Shown one piece after another: positions 60,675-64,000 of a DNA stretch of 64,000 nt. The number at the start of each line of letters is the position of its first letter. Positions within the stretch are counted from its first letter, which is position 1. Origin of the DNA: Flaccisagitta enflata (taxonomy: Eukaryota); contig OZ231126.1 in NCBI GenBank assembly GCA_965153355.1, positions 15,624,001 to 15,688,000 of the forward strand. The letters are read 5' to 3'. Made by a program: the position numbers and the translations under genes. The notes below the pieces were generated by a model that searched no databases, was not told the DNA's origin, and saw nothing but the letters and a program-made list of their open reading frames with translations.

Positions 60675-62920
60675 ATGAGCACGATCGCCCGATCGCAGGT
60701 GTCCGACGTATCGGACGTCGGCGGCATCCCTGGGCTGCGACATCAATCCCTGCTGCAACAGCAGCAGGCTGCGGGCAATCAGCCGTCCACCCCGATTCTA
60801 TCGTCGACGCGGTCGCATCTGCTGTTGCCGCAGTCTCGGGAAATGCGGCGTTTGGAGTCGTCATCTTCCACGCACTCGACGGCCTCCGTCGCGCGCCACT
60901 GGATCGAAAGTTGCTTCAAAAAGAGGGAATGCGTCAAATTCATCCCCTCTTCCAGCCGCGCATCCCGCCCTAGTCAGGCTGCCTCTGTTTTGGCGTCTGA
61001 CGCGTACGAAGGTGATTTTTGTTTGTTGTCGTCGTTAAGACGTTATTGACTCTGGGGCTCATAATGTTTTGTTGAACTGTGGTGCAGTGCTCATGGTCTT
61101 TGTCATTTCACAGGCAATATGACCCCGCCTCCGACACGTGGCGGTGATCGTTGCGGCTGCGGGCGTTTTTACGCGGATCACTCTTACCTCGACTGCGGTT
61201 CTACCACAAGGAACCAACCTGCGCGTCATCTCACCGTGCCCAGCGGCGTTCTGGGCATTCCCGGCGCTCCGACCAAAGATCGCGAGAAAAAGTGGTCCAT
61301 CAAACATCACACTCAAGAATTTCCCACCGATGCCTTTGGCACCATCGAATTTCAAGGAGCGCCGAGTCCCTCGCGAGCGCAGGTTGGGCATGGCATTCGG
61401 TTATTTGGTTTTGATCTCTATTCTGCTCTTTTATCCCGTGTTTGCCTCAACCGTAAGTTTGCTCATGTGCTCTTTTACTGGTTTTGTGTTGATAATCCAA
61501 TCTTCTGTTATTTGATTGATCTGTTGTTTTTTGATTGATCTGTTGTTTTTTGATTGATCTGTTGTTTTTTGATTGATCTTTTGTTTTTTTATTGATCTTT
61601 TGTTTTTTTATTGATCTTTTGTTTTTTGATTGATCTTTTGTTTTTTGATTGATCTTTTGTTTTTTGATTGCTCATAACTTCTTTGTTTGCTCCTTCATGC
61701 TTTGATTGCTCTTCTGTTGTTTGATTGCTTTTTTGTCCTTTGAGTGCTTTTTGGTTCTTTGCTTGCTCTTATGCTCTTATACTCTCCGCTCAATCATACC
61801 TGATTTGTGAAGCTAGAGAAAGCTCTAAGTCTATCCATCCCTTATCCCTCTTTCCTTATGTTCCTCAATTCAGTACATTCGTTTGGCCCACGACACTCGA
61901 TCGGATAACGTCATGGCGCTGTTCAAGCGCCAGTGGAAAGTGGAGTTGCCGAAACTCGTTATATCCGTCCATGGCGGTATCGCCAATTTTGATCTGCAAC
62001 CCAAGCTAAAGAGGATGTTCCGTAAAGGTTAGGTTTTTGAAAAAAGGCCAGCAGGTGACGGCGATTTTATCTGAACTATTGTCAAAAGTAGGGATGTGGA
62101 AGCGATTGACCGCTTCCGATTTAGAGGATGGGATAGCTACTAGTATTTGAACTGTAAAATGGAAGCTGAAGCGGAAGCGGTGGAAGCGGCATTAAAATCA
62201 ACCGCTTCTACATCCCTAGTCAAAAGAGGGAGTTGACACCATGCTCTTGTCTGTGAAAGATCAAAACACTGATGTAGATACGTCCTGAATTTGTCTTTTT
62301 TCTACTCCGTCTCAACAGGTCTTTTGAAGGCTGCCAAGACCGCGGGAGCTTGGATCATTACCAACGGAATGTCGACGGGAGCGGTTCGACACGTCGGCGA
62401 CGCCTTATGCCAGCTCAGCTGCAAGTCGAGACAGAAGATTGTTACGATAGGAATTACCGCGTGGGGAGTCGTGGAAGCCAAAGACTCTCTGCTCGGTCAG
62501 GACGTGGAAGCTCAATATCATCCGGTGAGTTGAGAAGTTTTGAGATCTCAGGCATTGATGAATAGGTCTTCGGAAGCTGTTAACAACTTGGTGAAGGATA
62601 TTGTGACAGCTTTTCACTACTGTAGTCTGCACAGGGTGAATCTGCGAAAGGGAAATCCAAAGGTCTCAGTATTGATGGCGCGCTCAATACGTACATCTTC
62701 CTTGTCGCCCCGTTTTAGGCAATCAACCCCAAGTCATCCAACACTTGCCTCAATTCTACCCACACACACTTTTTGTTGGTGGACAATGGAACCGAGGGTA
62801 AATACGGAGCGGAAATCTTTTTGAGGAAAAATCTCGAACGTCACATTTCTCGTCAAATGCGTTTGACGACGAGGGGACGTCGCCACGGCGTTCCGGTCGT
62901 TACCGTCGTCTTGGAGGGAA
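60675..62920 (+). CDS. TRPM: TRPM-family cation channel (TRPM1/3-like), N-terminal exons only; partial
   Basis: Exons 60675-61011, 61114-61382, 61874-62027, 62319-62524, 62719-~62920. Motifs [105 protein letters not shown]. Confidence 0.9.
62089..62218. mobile_element. 130-bp hAT-type MITE in a TRPM intron
   Basis: TIR TAGGGATGTGGAAGCG / CGCTTCTACATCCCTA; perfect 8-bp TSD GTCAAAAG (62081-62088, 62219-62226). Confidence 0.88.
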
Positions 62921-63217
62921 GTTGAGCCTATTCACATATATATTCAGATAGCTGTGGAAGTTTAGTGAATGATTGGTAAAAAGATTTAATGTTTGACACA
63001 CAGATTGAGTGATTGACACATAGTTGAGTGGTTGTCACTAAGAGTGAGTGGTTGTCACGCAGACGGAGTGAATGACACGCAGATTGAGTGATTGGCGCAT
63101 AGAGTAAAAGTAATACGACTATCTTGGAAGCGTGCGGGTGGTAAGGGTGAATGATATATGAGTCACAGGTGCACTTCGCCGCAGATATAGTGATGACTGA
63201 ATGCGATAACACGGAAT

Positions 63218-63775
63218 TCAAGTGTTATCGGTGCCTGAAAGACTTTGCGCTGTTCCCACTCTATGGATGCCCTTGCGGGACATCCAGGGTTTGGGTGTCA
63301 AGGGGAGCCCTGCCTCATCGGTTATCATGTGGTTATGAAAAATGTGGTCATGTCCTAGCTTACCCAACCCACCTTGTGTCCTAACGGTTAGCATGGACCA
63401 AGCCTTTATTGCCTCCCAGTAGAAGCCACCAGGGGCCATGGTACTCCCTGCTTTTCTTGAGCGCAGCTTTAGCTGCCCCAAGTCTGCCTGGAGGACCTCT
63501 AGCCCATGGTAGCCTGCAGCATGACTGCCAATCAATTCCCCCGCCAATAGCCTAGGAAAAGAATCCCAGGGCATCGTCAGGAGCTTGGCCAGCCATGCCA
63601 CTTTCTGGGCCCTGACCTTGTCCCTAACGTCCGCCAGTTGGGCACCTCCTAGGCTGTATGAGTCCCTTAGCCTTGCCGCCGACACCTCCGGTCTACCTCT
63701 AAAGACCCAAGCCGCCACCTGTCTTTCTACCTCCTGGTACCCTACGGCGCCGGCAATATCAGGCAAGGGGGGAAA
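63218..63775 (-). mobile_element. L1/Tx1-like LINE ORF2 fragment (region C-terminal to RT)
   Basis: WVFRG...GGAQLADVRDKVRAQKVAWLAKLL...FYWEAIKAW...IFHNHMI...W..KGI resembles the post-RT segment of L1/Tx1 elements; GC-rich block in an AT-rich intron. Confidence 0.7.
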
Positions 63776-64000
63776 GATTGCGGTCCTATACCACAGTGGT
63801 TCGATCTCGCAAGAAAGTGCCTTTTTTTTTCTTGAAATAGTGCCTTTCAAATCAAACTTAATGATAACTGAAAGAAAAGAGATTCTCGAATTGAATCGTT
63901 CATACTTACTTATTATCGTTGTCACAAAGCTTTTTATTGTCCTTAGTATAGATAGCGATCCGACGATAAGAAAACAACTTTATTCTTTTTAAAGAATGTA

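Noticed and set aside
60548-60973. 141-aa ORF overlapping the TRPM start
   Set aside because: Alternative frame of TRPM exon 1; at most an overlapping upstream ORF from ATG 60650.

Overview
Repeat-rich animal (metazoan) genomic DNA with spliceosomal GT-AG introns. Bases 1-19,200 have no convincing gene and consist of microsatellites, Helentron-associated (HINE/DINE-1-like) short elements and a 4.2-kb long-TIR element. From 19.3 kb to the end there are seven protein-coding loci, all on the + strand: (1) a 1040-aa disordered/coiled-coil protein with a possible Scm3/HJURP-like N-terminal helix; (2) an M3 oligopeptidase A homologue that has lost its zinc-binding motif; (3) an ALDH3-family fatty aldehyde dehydrogenase; (4) an intronless RPIA; (5) only the first exon of ZDHHC6; (6) ABHD16A; (7) the N-terminal exons of a TRPM channel. 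Five of the six gene junctions are repeat-free spacers of 0.3-1.0 kb with acceptor-like AG sites before the ATG, while introns reach several kb and are full of repeats; this suggests a trans-spliced polycistronic operon (inference, needs RNA data). Introns contain a very young non-autonomous LTR element carrying a LINE fragment, several MITEs and three long minisatellites. Exon boundaries were read by hand from splice sites and reading-frame continuity; protein identities come from recalled family motifs, not database searches.
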